A stretch of 64,000 nt of DNA from an uncultured virus (IMG/VR IMGVR_UViG_3300042356_001097) (Duplodnaviria; Heunggongvirae; Uroviricota; Caudoviricetes), in the IMG/VR virus record IMGVR_UViG_3300042356_001097. One strand, given 5' to 3'. Position numbers and translations under genes: made by a program. Positions within the stretch are counted from its first letter, which is position 1. Every line of letters begins with the position of its first letter. Under the pieces are notes generated by a model. It saw nothing but the letters and a program-made list of their open reading frames with translations. It was not told the origin of the DNA and did not search any database. Shown here piece after piece: positions 40,693-50,784 of the stretch.

Positions 40693-41769
40693 CTAAAAGA
40701 ATATATATAAATCGCCAGCTGCAGTGCCAGTTGGTGGCGTTCCAGATGTGTTATAGAATATTTTATTTGAGTTTGCAGTATTTGTTCCGTTTGAATATGC
40801 TGTAGTTGCAAGGTTTATATTTGCACCGAGTGCTACTGGGGCGTTGTTAATTGATATTGATGAGTTTACAAGCATAGCATTAGTAATTGATCCTGGTGAT
40901 GGGGTTCCGACTGGTCCGTCCGCTCCAGTGTCGCCTTTAGGTCCCTGAATACCTTGTATACCTTGTGTGCCCTGTGCGCCTGTGTTACCAGTTAAGCCTT
41001 GTATTCCCTGAATACCTTGTTCTCCCGTGTCACCTTTTGGTCCTTGGATACCTTGTGGACCTAAATTAGAAACTGTAATAGAGCCAGCCATTGATGAGTG
41101 GTATTCGCAAGCATAATAAAGTTGAGGGGCATTAAATGGAACTTCAAATATAATTGTTCCATTATCCCGTGTTCCTGAAGATAATGTTACTCCAGTAGAA
41201 TAAACATTTCCTGCGCTATATGCACCTGAAACTGTTTGAATCCAAAACGGATGTCCGACTGCATTAACATTAATTACATATCTATGCCCCCGAATAAAAG
41301 ATAAAGTTGGATTAGCAGAACCATTAATTGTATATGAACCAGATCCCGAGTTTGTAACGGCTAAAGTTATTCCGCCTGAAGCTCCAGTTGCACCAGTGTC
41401 TCCAGTATCTCCTTTAGGACCTTGAATACCTTGTGGGCCTTCTGGGCCAACGATCTGGCCAGCGGATGTCCAAGATGTGCCGCCCCATATATATAGATCT
41501 CCATCGGACTGTACAATTCTTGCATCGTTTGAGCTGTTGCCAGTTGTTGGTAGGGCAGCTACATTTACTACTGATGCTTTAACATTAATAGATGTTCCTT
41601 GTGGCCCTACAGGCCCTACAGGCCCTTGTGGACCCACTTCTCCTTGAGGTCCCTGAGCACCTGTTGTAATTCTTTGAAGGGTCCATGCAATTCCGTCCCA
41701 AATCCATGTGCTTCCACCAGCGGTGAATAATTGATTCAACGATGGGCTATTTGGAAAATCGATTGCCAT
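40693..41769 (-). CDS. collagen-like fibre with cupredoxin-like domain
   Basis: MAIDFPNSP...W.WDG..W; G-X-Y repeats; GHPF...YYACEYHSSMAG; C-terminal GDLYI. Confidence 0.75.
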   Translation of the reverse strand: MAIDFPNSPSLNQLFTAGGSTWIWDGIAWTLQRITTGAQGPQGEVGPQGPVGPVGPQGTSINVKASVVNVAALPTTGNSSNDARIVQSDGDLYIWGGTSWTSAGQIVGPEGPQGIQGPKGDTGDTGATGASGGITLAVTNSGSGSYTINGSANPTLSFIRGHRYVINVNAVGHPFWIQTVSGAYSAGNVYSTGVTLSSGTRDNGTIIFEVPFNAPQLYYACEYHSSMAGSITVSNLGPQGIQGPKGDTGEQGIQGIQGLTGNTGAQGTQGIQGIQGPKGDTGADGPVGTPSPGSITNAMLVNSSISINNAPVALGANINLATTAYSNGTNTANSNKIFYNTSGTPPTGTAAGDLYIFF

Positions 41770-42005
41770 TATATCTCCCTTATTCCAGCTATTGCTTTTG
41801 CTTCGGCTTCTGTTAAGCCTAAAGAGGTTAGCTTGTCTATAGCAGACTGTAAGTTGTCAACAACCGATTGGTCGGCAACTGGAATCTGCGAAAGAATTTC
41901 ATCTACCTGAATAGAGACCTCTTCATTTACTGATATTTCTGCCTCTGTATACTCACGTATTGTTGTCTCACCAGTCTCGTAATTAAATTCTATAATATCG
42001 CTCAT
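41769..42005 (-). CDS. small fibre-associated chaperone-like protein
   Basis: N.ETGETTIREYT.AE...AIDKL.SLGLT..EA; TAATG-coupled start at 42005. Confidence 0.6.
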   Translation of the reverse strand: MSDIIEFNYETGETTIREYTEAEISVNEEVSIQVDEILSQIPVADQSVVDNLQSAIDKLTSLGLTEAEAKAIAGIREI

Positions 42006-44311
42006 TATTGTGCTCCCCACAAAACCCAAGTTCCACTTGAATAAGATGCTCCATCATTTGTAGCGGCAACTATTGAAGTAACCTTTGCGGATCCCGTATA
42101 AACTCCTGCAAATGTACCCATTCCAGAACTGTTCGCATCTGACCACTTTCCACCAGAAGATCCATAAAATGATATCCCAGATGTTGTATTTGCACCATCT
42201 ATGTAAACATATCCTGAAGCATTTGGTGTTCCTAAAACATTTCCAACGCTTCCAGCATTTGTTCCTTTGAACGACCAATTTGTTAATGCTGGTATTGAAG
42301 AGCTATTATATGCAACAGAGTATATAAACTCATGGTTAGTTGAGGCATTATTTAATCTTATAATAGGGATAGTAAAAGCACTGCCTGAATAAACTCCGCT
42401 CCACACTAGTAAATATTTATTATAACCGCTTAGCCCAGTAAAGGAAACAGTGGTGCCAGAATTTGAAGTAACAGTACCTATTTTTGTATAACCTGAAGGA
42501 GATCCTGGTTTTGTAGAAGATGTCCAGTCTATTCCTAGTCCTGGAATTCTAAATCTGTCTATAGCGTCATTGCCAAGTGTTATCTCATTTGAAACTGTTG
42601 CTGATGATGGGTTTGACAAGTTGCCCAAAATAATATTATTATCTCCAGTAGTTAATGAATTTCCTGCTGCTCTTCCTATTGCTGTGTTAAAGGATCCATG
42701 AACAAGATCTAATGTACCAGGACCTATACCTATGTTGTAATTACCAGATTTGTCATATGGAATATCTTCTGGAAGTCCAGACATTGATGTATTACCGATT
42801 GCTATGTTATTGGAACCAGTTTCTATTGCAAACCCAGCAAGAACTCCCATTGCAATGTTATTGGATCCAGTGCTTATTCTAGATAGCGATGACATTAAAG
42901 CTAAGTTTTGAGTACCTGTTGTAACCAAAGTCATGCTTGTATTTGGCACTGAAGGTGTTAATGAAATATTATTGTTTCCTAATTTACTTACATACTGGCT
43001 TGTACCCGCTGGTCCTACATCTCCAGTGTCACCTTTTACACCTTGAATTCCCTGTGCGCCCTGTGGGCCAGTATTGCCAGTTAAACCAGTAGGCCCTTGT
43101 ATTCCCTGTATGCCTTGCTCTCCAGTATCGCCTTTGTCACCCTTGAGGCCCTGAATGCCTTGAATACCTTGATTTCCTGTATCACCTTTAGGTCCTTGGA
43201 TACCTTGTGGACCTTGTGGTCCAACAATCTGTCCTGCTGAAGTCCAAGATGTACCATCCCAAATATAAAGATCACCATCTGCTTCTACAATTCTTGCATC
43301 GTTTACAACGTTTCCTGTTGAAGGCAATGCTGCAACAGTTAAAGAAGATGCTTTAAGATTTATAGCAACTCCTTGCGGGCCTTGAATTCCCTGATCTCCT
43401 GTATCGCCTTTAGGTCCTTGGGGGCCAGACAATGAAGATCCAGTTTCTACCCAGTAAGAGTCGTAGTATGTATAACTTCTTCCGTTGTCTGAATTAAACC
43501 AGGCTTGTCCATTTACTGGATTTGCAGGAGGAGTTGCGGCTGTAATAGAAAAAGTTGCTTTGCTTCCTTCATTTCCTTGATCACCCTTAAGGCCTTGCAA
43601 ACCTTGTAAACCTTGTATGCCTTGAATTCCTTGTAGGCCTTGCAATCCTGTGTTACCTTGTGGACCAACTGGCCCCTGCTCACCTTGATCGCCTTTGTCG
43701 CCCTTAAGTCCTTGTATTCCCTGCAAACCTTGTGGACCTGTTGTTCCTGTTGGTCCTGCTGGGCCTTGAAGAGCTCCTGCATCAAACCATGAACTTGTTA
43801 CTGTATCCCAAACCATAAGTACGCCAGTTGAAAGAATTAACCAAGCATCGCCTGCGGCTCCAACTAAATTAGCTGAAGTAAATGCAGATGGTGTTGCATA
43901 GTTTCCAAGAATTGTTAATGCTGTTCCTGTATCACCTTTAACGCCTTGTAAGCCTTGTGGACCTTGCAAGCCTTGTATACCCTGTGGACCCTGTTCACCT
44001 GTGTCACCTTTAGGTCCTTGCAAACCTGTGTCACCCTTAACGCCAGGGTTTCCTTGCGGTCCTGGGACAGTACTTGCTGCTCCTGTGTTTCCCTGTAAAC
44101 CTGTTAAGCCTGTATCACCTTTAGGGCCTTGAATACCTTGTGGGCCTTGTGCACCTTGTGGACCCGCTGGACCTTGTGGTCCTGTAGGTCCTGGATTGTT
44201 TGTTAAATAATTATCTATGTCTGTTGCTAAATAGCCAAGGTCTCTTGGGACATCGGGCGACATGTCTAATGTCGGATATCTGAATACTTTAGGTGTTGTA
44301 TTTCCTGGCAT
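42005..44311 (-). CDS. collagen-like tail fibre/adhesin
   Basis: Long GPQG/GDTG repeats; YadA-head-like TGSNNIAIG repeats; beta-rich tip domain. Confidence 0.8.
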   Translation of the reverse strand: MPGNTTPKVFRYPTLDMSPDVPRDLGYLATDIDNYLTNNPGPTGPQGPAGPQGAQGPQGIQGPKGDTGLTGLQGNTGAASTVPGPQGNPGVKGDTGLQGPKGDTGEQGPQGIQGLQGPQGLQGVKGDTGTALTILGNYATPSAFTSANLVGAAGDAWLILSTGVLMVWDTVTSSWFDAGALQGPAGPTGTTGPQGLQGIQGLKGDKGDQGEQGPVGPQGNTGLQGLQGIQGIQGLQGLQGLKGDQGNEGSKATFSITAATPPANPVNGQAWFNSDNGRSYTYYDSYWVETGSSLSGPQGPKGDTGDQGIQGPQGVAINLKASSLTVAALPSTGNVVNDARIVEADGDLYIWDGTSWTSAGQIVGPQGPQGIQGPKGDTGNQGIQGIQGLKGDKGDTGEQGIQGIQGPTGLTGNTGPQGAQGIQGVKGDTGDVGPAGTSQYVSKLGNNNISLTPSVPNTSMTLVTTGTQNLALMSSLSRISTGSNNIAMGVLAGFAIETGSNNIAIGNTSMSGLPEDIPYDKSGNYNIGIGPGTLDLVHGSFNTAIGRAAGNSLTTGDNNIILGNLSNPSSATVSNEITLGNDAIDRFRIPGLGIDWTSSTKPGSPSGYTKIGTVTSNSGTTVSFTGLSGYNKYLLVWSGVYSGSAFTIPIIRLNNASTNHEFIYSVAYNSSSIPALTNWSFKGTNAGSVGNVLGTPNASGYVYIDGANTTSGISFYGSSGGKWSDANSSGMGTFAGVYTGSAKVTSIVAATNDGASYSSGTWVLWGAQ

Positions 44312-44326
44312 TTTTAAATTATACCA
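44312..44326 (-). promoter_or_regulatory. extended -10 promoter, leaderless
   Basis: TGG-TATAAT, then 6 nt to the ATG. Confidence 0.6.
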
Positions 44327-44384
44327 TTCTCAGGGTTATAAGCCTTTGTAAGGCTTACTATTTGAGCCTTTCATTGCTTAGCTT

Positions 44385-44711
44385 TTAAACTATTTCTACC
44401 CCAGAAACCATGATACTTACTCCACCAGTAACATTTGCGGAGGCCCAGATAGACTCTCCAGCATTAACAATTAGCGTAGTCTCTGTTGATCTTGATGTAT
44501 TTTCTCCAAGAAGAACGTCACCAAAAATTCTATTTGCCAGTCCTGGGGTCTGTCCAACTGGGACTAAATAAAGGCTAAATGCAATTGGTCCATTGAATGT
44601 ATTTGCTGTGAATATACTTTTAACAATTGCCTTATTGGTAAATGTTTTAAGGTTTGTATTTGTTGTGCTTAGAAGTACTGGCCCAATAAATCTGTTTGGA
44701 TTATATGCCAT
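44385..44711 (-). CDS. small beta-sandwich adaptor-like protein
   Basis: Paralog-like to 49817-50134 (NAGESI/NTAETI; VSGVEI/ISGVKI). Confidence 0.6.
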   Translation of the reverse strand: MAYNPNRFIGPVLLSTTNTNLKTFTNKAIVKSIFTANTFNGPIAFSLYLVPVGQTPGLANRIFGDVLLGENTSRSTETTLIVNAGESIWASANVTGGVSIMVSGVEIV

Positions 44712-44719
44712 TTGATCTC

Positions 44720-45433
44720 CTAGCTAATTGCCCATTTAGAAATAAGATCTCTTTCGATTGAGATGTATTCGCCTACTGTAAGAGCTCTGTTATAAATTAA
44801 TAGTTCGCCTAACTTAAATGCTCCGAATGTTGCAGAGTATCTTCCTATTACTTGTCCTGTCATGCTTGTAAGTCCGCCTGAAGAAGCACCGACTGCAACG
44901 TCAGCCCCATTTCTTCTAACTCTGCGTGAGTTATCAGCATTGCTATAAACAAGTGTGTAAATTTCTGGTGTTCCGACTGTTCCTACTGTAACAATAGCAT
45001 TCTGATCATCATTACCAAAGCCAAACTTAAATGTGTTTGCGGATACGTACCCAGCAATAAGATTATTTCTTGTTCCTGAGTTTGTTCCGCCAATTACATA
45101 CGTGTTTGCATTTGCTGGCTTTGATGCAACATAAATAACTGTAAAAGAAGATGAAGCAATCCATGATAGGGTCTGATCTGAAAATGGAAGGAAATCATCT
45201 GCTCCGTCAAAGTTAACTGCAGGCAATCCTGCTATACCTGTTTCTTGAAATGTTGGTTGTGCTGCTGCTGTTGCTTGAACGCAATTACGTCCTAGACCTG
45301 ACTTGTCATTCCATTGTGATACTTTTCCAAGTCCGTCTCTTGTAATTGTTGATGGGAGTGCGGCATCTAGCCATAGCTGTAATCCAGTTGTTGTGAATCT
45401 ATTTCTTCTAAAAATAATGTTATTACTAAGCAA
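44720..45433 (-). CDS. LamG/ConA-like lectin-domain protein
   Basis: LQLWLDA, QWNDKSG, FDGADD, GELLIYNRAL...KW. Confidence 0.75.
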   Translation of the reverse strand: MLSNNIIFRRNRFTTTGLQLWLDAALPSTITRDGLGKVSQWNDKSGLGRNCVQATAAAQPTFQETGIAGLPAVNFDGADDFLPFSDQTLSWIASSSFTVIYVASKPANANTYVIGGTNSGTRNNLIAGYVSANTFKFGFGNDDQNAIVTVGTVGTPEIYTLVYSNADNSRRVRRNGADVAVGASSGGLTSMTGQVIGRYSATFGAFKLGELLIYNRALTVGEYISIERDLISKWAIS

Positions 45434-45881
45434 TTGGATCTTCCTCCATTATTTTCACTAATTCTACTGCTGGTCTTTTAGGCCATGTAATCTCAGATAC
45501 ATCTTTGTTGTTTTTAAAAGAAGAAATCTTCTTTCTATATTCTTTCCATTCATCAAGAGATTTCTTGTCCATATCTGGGTCTGTCTCGACCCATGCTGTA
45601 GACATTAGCTCAAAACTAATATGTGCATTTACGTTATCTGATTTTTCTTCATCTGACATCTTCTGTACTTCTACTGAGTATACCTTGCCATCTTTAATAA
45701 ATGGTTCACAAGGTACAATCTTTTCTTGGAAATCATCAAACTCTGGTGTTACTACTTCTAGTAACCCGTTTTCTTTTGCAAACTCTTTTTCGTTTACCGA
45801 TTGAGGTATAGAAAGATTTGGAAATAACTGAGATAGTGCGCCAACCTTGACCACTTTTTTGTCTTCAACTATGGCGTACAT
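45426..45881 (-). CDS. tail fibre assembly chaperone-like protein
   Basis: C-terminal W.EYR...ITWPKRP. Confidence 0.6.
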   Translation of the reverse strand: MYAIVEDKKVVKVGALSQLFPNLSIPQSVNEKEFAKENGLLEVVTPEFDDFQEKIVPCEPFIKDGKVYSVEVQKMSDEEKSDNVNAHISFELMSTAWVETDPDMDKKSLDEWKEYRKKISSFKNNKDVSEITWPKRPAVELVKIMEEDPIA

Positions 45882-45891
45882 ATTGTCTCCT

Positions 45892-46338
45892 TTAAACGTT
45901 CAAATCAGCGAATGCGTATGCACCGAATATTGTTGTGCCACCGTCTCTTGTCATAAAGTTAAGAACGGTTGTGTTTGTAGATAGAAGTGGTGCTACGTTA
46001 GAAGCTCCTCCACCATCCCATTTAATTGATGCTGGCCATGTGATTGTATAGCTACCACCAGTTTTAATTTCTAGTTGCCAGAATTGTGCTTTTGGCTCTG
46101 TTCCTGTTGCTGGAATATTGCTAAATGCTACTGTGCAGTTTCCGCCTGCAACCATCTTAAATACGTTAGCAAGTGCTAAGTTGCATGTTGCAACTCCTGA
46201 AGCGGCAATTGTTCCAAGATCTAGCTGTGCTGAAGGCACATTTAGATATGGACGAGCTTGTCCGTTAAGAGGTGCTTGAAGGTATGTGTATGTCCAAAGA
46301 CCTGGTGTTACCTGTTGAGGTACGCTTGTTATTGGCAT
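45892..46338 (-). CDS. fibre adaptor-like protein
   Basis: TITWPASIKW.GG..P, F.T.DGGTT.FG. Confidence 0.6.
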   Translation of the reverse strand: MPITSVPQQVTPGLWTYTYLQAPLNGQARPYLNVPSAQLDLGTIAASGVATCNLALANVFKMVAGGNCTVAFSNIPATGTEPKAQFWQLEIKTGGSYTITWPASIKWDGGGASNVAPLLSTNTTVLNFMTRDGGTTIFGAYAFADLNV

Positions 46339-46340
46339 TA

Positions 46341-46622
46341 TTAGTCCTCCTCTGGAGCACGTAGCGGTGGCAAGTTTTCTGGTCTTGGCCCCTTGTGCTC
46401 AGACTCATCTTCATCCCATGCTTCTTGTGCTGCTACTACTCTTGCAGTAGCCTCTGCATATTCAATTTCAGTGATCTCACGATCTGTCTTTCCTGGATAC
46501 TTGTCTACAACTTCTCCGTTGACTAGGCTAAATCTATGAATTAGCTTTGTTTCAACAACTTCATGATCCCCATCTACGTCAATTGCGACAACATTTTGTG
46601 GTCCACAGAACTTTATTTTCAT
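46341..46622 (-). CDS. small chaperone-like protein, paralog B
   Basis: LIHRF.L.....DKYPGKTD.EI.EIE is shared with 50539-50784. Confidence 0.7.
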   Translation of the reverse strand: MKIKFCGPQNVVAIDVDGDHEVVETKLIHRFSLVNGEVVDKYPGKTDREITEIEYAEATARVVAAQEAWDEDESEHKGPRPENLPPLRAPEED

Positions 46623-46638
46623 TTCTTTCTCCTTTTCC

Positions 46639-48219
46639 TTACGGGTTTGACCAATGTGGCATACTTACTATATGCGGATATTGGGTAGTGCTTCCATGTG
46701 TATCAAATTGATAGTGACTTACTACGTTGTGTGGCTGAAGGTCTCCGCCAAACGATAGAGTTGTTCCATTAGTTCTTCTTAAATTTTTTCCTGCAGAGCC
46801 TGGGTCTACTACATACAGATGTGGTCCAGGTGTGTCTCCATTTTGTTCGGAGTATATGGTTATAAATTTATCTTCTTTGAATGGAACAAGCCCGTGTCCT
46901 GAGCCTGAGTTTGTTACTCTAAAGTAGAACAGTTTAGTTGGATCGATTGTATTAATAATGTGACAATTAATTCCAGACTCATAGTAGTAGTAAGGTGAGT
47001 ATGTTGCAACCCACTCATTATCCCAAGTAATCTGGTGTCTTTGTCCAAAGTGCTCAGATTGATCAATACCGTATGATGTTGTATTTCCTAGATCAATGTT
47101 GGTATCTGTAAATGTTCCGATTCCTGAGTTACCTGCAGTGCCTTGCGATGTTGGTAAGAAGTATCCATATTTTTGAGCATTTCCATCGTGGCTGTATCTT
47201 GAGAATCCAACTACTCCACTATCTCCCAGAATTATCTTCATGTGGTAGGCTGGCTCATTTCTTGTTGAGCCAGGTGACGTCCATGTAAAGTCATAGAATG
47301 CGTAATTCTTATTAGTACTTAGTTGGTTTCCTGTTGAAGGACCTGCTGTTTTAGCTTCTGATAAAAACTTATGAAGCGTTCCTGGCTTGTGAGAAAAATC
47401 ATTTAAGCTAAGGCTAGTGTTTCTCCATACGTGTAAACGAATGTTATTTCCTGTGGTAGTTGATTCTACAACAGCAAGCATCTTAGTTCTATCGTTGTAT
47501 GATGACATTCCACGGTTTGTGCGTCCCGCCCAAGTTGCGTAAGCAGCGTTATTTAAAGAGACTCTATCGTAATAGCCTGTTACCATACCTCTAGATCTTA
47601 CTTGAAATTCTGCATCATTTGACCAGTGGCTTACTCTTTGTCTAACTCCTCTTACTCCGATTACTGTTCCGCATCGTGTAGTAAACTGTCCATGTTGACC
47701 AAAATGATTCATCCAGTTTCCAGCAAATCCTCCGTGAAGATTTGGTCTGTAATAATTATGTCCGTCTGCAGATCCTGCAACTGTAGAGTTTGCAGAGTAT
47801 GTTGTGTTTTGTCCAGATGACTGATTTCCCTGTGTATAAGTTTGTCCACGGTGATCTTCATACCAGTTAGGCATTGAATTAAGATCTGGATCCTGATAGC
47901 CTCCAAACCATCCTGGCATAGAATTTGAACCAATTGATTGGAAATCTGAGTTAATAATATTAAATCCAGCTTTATTGTTATTATCGTTTGTCCATATAGC
48001 AAATGTTGGATAAGGAGAAACTTCGTTATTGTTTCTTGATATTAATGGTGATGCAATCTTACCTGAAAGAGTAGATATGCTTGCAGCAATTGTTGATGTA
48101 GTTGCTGTAAGCGCAGTGTTGTTTGCAGCTACTATAGGTGTAATAATAGATCTGATTGAATCTTCAAGTCCTGGGTGAATTATCTGTGATGTTGTTGTTG
48201 CTGTTGTATTTTCGCTCAT
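46639..48219 (-). CDS. ~520-aa receptor-binding-like protein, paralog C
   Basis: Shares PxFAxW, YNDRT, FYDFTW, NTTSYGIDQ, WDN and PYYYY.SG with two neighbours. Confidence 0.65.
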   Translation of the reverse strand: MSENTTATTTSQIIHPGLEDSIRSIITPIVAANNTALTATTSTIAASISTLSGKIASPLISRNNNEVSPYPTFAIWTNDNNNKAGFNIINSDFQSIGSNSMPGWFGGYQDPDLNSMPNWYEDHRGQTYTQGNQSSGQNTTYSANSTVAGSADGHNYYRPNLHGGFAGNWMNHFGQHGQFTTRCGTVIGVRGVRQRVSHWSNDAEFQVRSRGMVTGYYDRVSLNNAAYATWAGRTNRGMSSYNDRTKMLAVVESTTTGNNIRLHVWRNTSLSLNDFSHKPGTLHKFLSEAKTAGPSTGNQLSTNKNYAFYDFTWTSPGSTRNEPAYHMKIILGDSGVVGFSRYSHDGNAQKYGYFLPTSQGTAGNSGIGTFTDTNIDLGNTTSYGIDQSEHFGQRHQITWDNEWVATYSPYYYYESGINCHIINTIDPTKLFYFRVTNSGSGHGLVPFKEDKFITIYSEQNGDTPGPHLYVVDPGSAGKNLRRTNGTTLSFGGDLQPHNVVSHYQFDTHGSTTQYPHIVSMPHWSNP

Positions 48220-48228
48220 TTTTTCTCC

Positions 48229-49791
48229 TTAGACCGTTGTCCAGTGTGGCATTACTGAAATGTGTGGGTACTGTGTTGTATTAGACATTGAATCAAACAT
48301 ATAGTGCATGTTTACGTTGAATGGTTGAAGATCTCCAGCGTTTGCAACAGTGGTTCCATCATTTCTGTATCCATTTTCAAAAGCAGCTTGTGGGTTTGCA
48401 TAGTATAAATGAGGCCCAGGTGTGTCTCCGTTTTGTACTGAGTAACACATGATGAAAGAACTTTCTCCAAATGGTACTGGGGACAAACCATTAGTTTGGT
48501 CTGTATTTCTCCAGTAGTAGAACTTTGTTGGATCTTGTGTGTAAATAGCGTGACAATTAATTCCAGAGTGGTAGTAGTAATAAGGGGCATAGGAAATGAT
48601 CCAGTTATTATCCCATGAAATATTTGTTCTAATTCCAGCACCGTCTCTTTGATCAATGCCATATGAAGTAGTGTTTGCTAGGTTTGATCCGCTATCTGTA
48701 AATGCTCCAGTTCCAGAGTTACCAGGGGTTCCTGGGTTTGTTGGAATATACCATCCATATTGATGAGCGTTTCCTTGCTGAGAATTTCTTGAAAAACCAA
48801 TTGTTCCATTGTCTCCCATGATAAGTCTCATTACATAAGAAGGCTCATTTTGTGTTGAACCAGATGATGTCCATGTGAAATCATAGAATGAATATCTAGC
48901 TGTTGTTCCTGAAGGCCCCGCCGTCTTTGCTTCTGATAAGAAGTTATGAAGGTCTCCAGCCTCATAGTTATTAGCATTTAAATTATGTAGAGGGTTTGTG
49001 TTTCTCCAAATGTGTAAGCGAATTTGATTTGCTGTATTTGATTCAGCTACTGCTAATGTTTTTGTTCTGTCGTTGTATGATGACATTCCACGATTTGATC
49101 GTCCAGCCCAATTTGCGTATGTTGCTGAGTTTAGGTTAACTTGATCAAGATATCCGTAAACTTGACCTCTCAGTCTTATCTGAAAAGTTGAATCTGTTGA
49201 GTAGTGGCTGGCTCTTGGTCGAACTCCTCTTGCACCAATAATTGTTCCGCTTCTTGATGTAAATTGTCCCCAGTCGCCTTGTCTATTAAACTGTGTGCCT
49301 CCGTAGTTGCCGAAAACCTGGAAGCTGTATAGCATGTTGCCTTCATGGCCATTCATGTTTGTTCCGCCGCCTGAATGTGTGCTCCAGTTGTTAGAAGTTG
49401 GGTTACCGTTAGTATAAGTTTGTCCTCTATAATCTTCGTACCAGTTGCTGAGGTCGGAAAGATCTACATCTGTCCATCCACCTTGACGGTTATTTAATCT
49501 ACTTGTTGCAACAACTTGCATTTCAGAGTTAATTACAGAGTATCCCGCTTTTCTAGAGTTATCCTGGTTTGTCCAGATAGCAAAAAGTGGGTAGGGAGAA
49601 GGCTCTGTATTATCTCTTGAAGTAGAAGCACTTGGAAATTTTCCAAGTATGCTTGCAAATTGATTTGGGATTCCGCTCTGTAACGTTGTAATGGCAGTTG
49701 CTGTTGTATTAGCAAGTGGAGTAACCACGTTTTGAATGTTTGTTTCAAAACCTGGTATATAGACTTGGTTTGTTGTTGTATTTACTGCCAT
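48229..49791 (-). CDS. ~520-aa receptor-binding-like protein, paralog B
   Basis: Same motif set as paralog C. Confidence 0.65.
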   Translation of the reverse strand: MAVNTTTNQVYIPGFETNIQNVVTPLANTTATAITTLQSGIPNQFASILGKFPSASTSRDNTEPSPYPLFAIWTNQDNSRKAGYSVINSEMQVVATSRLNNRQGGWTDVDLSDLSNWYEDYRGQTYTNGNPTSNNWSTHSGGGTNMNGHEGNMLYSFQVFGNYGGTQFNRQGDWGQFTSRSGTIIGARGVRPRASHYSTDSTFQIRLRGQVYGYLDQVNLNSATYANWAGRSNRGMSSYNDRTKTLAVAESNTANQIRLHIWRNTNPLHNLNANNYEAGDLHNFLSEAKTAGPSGTTARYSFYDFTWTSSGSTQNEPSYVMRLIMGDNGTIGFSRNSQQGNAHQYGWYIPTNPGTPGNSGTGAFTDSGSNLANTTSYGIDQRDGAGIRTNISWDNNWIISYAPYYYYHSGINCHAIYTQDPTKFYYWRNTDQTNGLSPVPFGESSFIMCYSVQNGDTPGPHLYYANPQAAFENGYRNDGTTVANAGDLQPFNVNMHYMFDSMSNTTQYPHISVMPHWTTV

Positions 49792-49816
49792 TTTAGTTCT
49801 CCCTTAAATAGTTAAA

Positions 49817-50134
49817 TTATACTTGATTGATTTTTACGCCAGAGATAAATACTGAGATAGAGTCCGCAGCGTCTGCGCTTATCTGAATAGTCTCTGCTGT
49901 GTTAAGAACTTGCTTAACGTCAAGAACAATAATTGCACGTGGTGGAACATCTAAGGCCTTTACAAAGAACTTTCCTGCCATCTTTAGTGTTACTGTTCTT
50001 GTTGCATTTGTTAGATTGTCAAATGTTAAAGATGTAACAACGTCAATCTGTGCTGCTGGTGTTGTATAAACTGATGTTTCTGATGCAGGAATTGTGTCTG
50101 CATAAAATCTGCTTGGTAAGCTTACTGTTGCCAT
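49817..50134 (-). CDS. small beta-sandwich adaptor-like protein
   Basis: VYTTPA, NLT, VLNTAETI, ISGV. Confidence 0.6.
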   Translation of the reverse strand: MATVSLPSRFYADTIPASETSVYTTPAAQIDVVTSLTFDNLTNATRTVTLKMAGKFFVKALDVPPRAIIVLDVKQVLNTAETIQISADAADSISVFISGVKINQV

Positions 50135-50135
50135 A

Positions 50136-50468
50136 TTAAATTACTCCCATGTTTGTATAAATTGTGTAGTTATCTATCGAAGATTGGATGGCTGCAACAT
50201 TTGCTACTCCAGCCGAGTTAACCGCAACGATCTGTGTAGACCCTGCTGTGTTAACACTTGCAACGGCTCCCGAAGAAGCTGTTTGAATTTCTGTTACCTT
50301 CGATGATGTAGCAGAAACAATATCGTTAACTCCTAGAAGATTGCCCATTGATTCTAACGCTTTTGCTAAAAAGACTAGGTCTTGAGAGTTTAGCGTTGAG
50401 CTTGATAGGGCCGTGACCTTTGTCTTAAATAGGTCGACCTGGCTTGATAAACTTGAATAATCTGGCAT
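50136..50468 (-). CDS. helical anchor protein, paralog B
   Basis: MPDYSSLSSQVDLFKTKVTAL is shared with 52322-52987; TGGTATACT box at 50492-50500. Confidence 0.7.
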   Translation of the reverse strand: MPDYSSLSSQVDLFKTKVTALSSSTLNSQDLVFLAKALESMGNLLGVNDIVSATSSKVTEIQTASSGAVASVNTAGSTQIVAVNSAGVANVAAIQSSIDNYTIYTNMGVI

Positions 50469-50538
50469 TTTTTATATCTCCTTGTTAGTAAAGTATACCA
50501 TAATGTCTTTTAGGACGCCTATACACTTTTCCATTTTT

Positions 50539-50784
50539 TTATTGCTGTGCTTCTCTTTCGGCTGCTATCGCTGCGTTTTGAGCAGCGTTATCGGCCAACC
50601 TTTGTTCATGTGCCGCCAACTCTATTTCGACAATTTCCTCGTCGGTTTTTCCAGGGTACTTGTCTTTTAGTTCTTCTCCATCTAAATAAAATCTATGTAT
50701 AAGATTTGTATCTAGCGCTGTTTCGTATTCGCCGTCTTCGGAAAATCTTGGAAAAGATCCGTCAAATGTAATTTTTTTACTCAT
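50539..50784 (-). CDS. small chaperone-like protein, paralog A
   Basis: ATGA-coupled start MSKKITF; DKYPGKTD motif. Confidence 0.7.
   Translation of the reverse strand: MSKKITFDGSFPRFSEDGEYETALDTNLIHRFYLDGEELKDKYPGKTDEEIVEIELAAHEQRLADNAAQNAAIAAEREAQQ

Noticed and set aside
40900..44190. CRISPR-like or tandem DNA repeats
   Set aside because: These are coding G-X-Y collagen repeats with no repeat-spacer structure.
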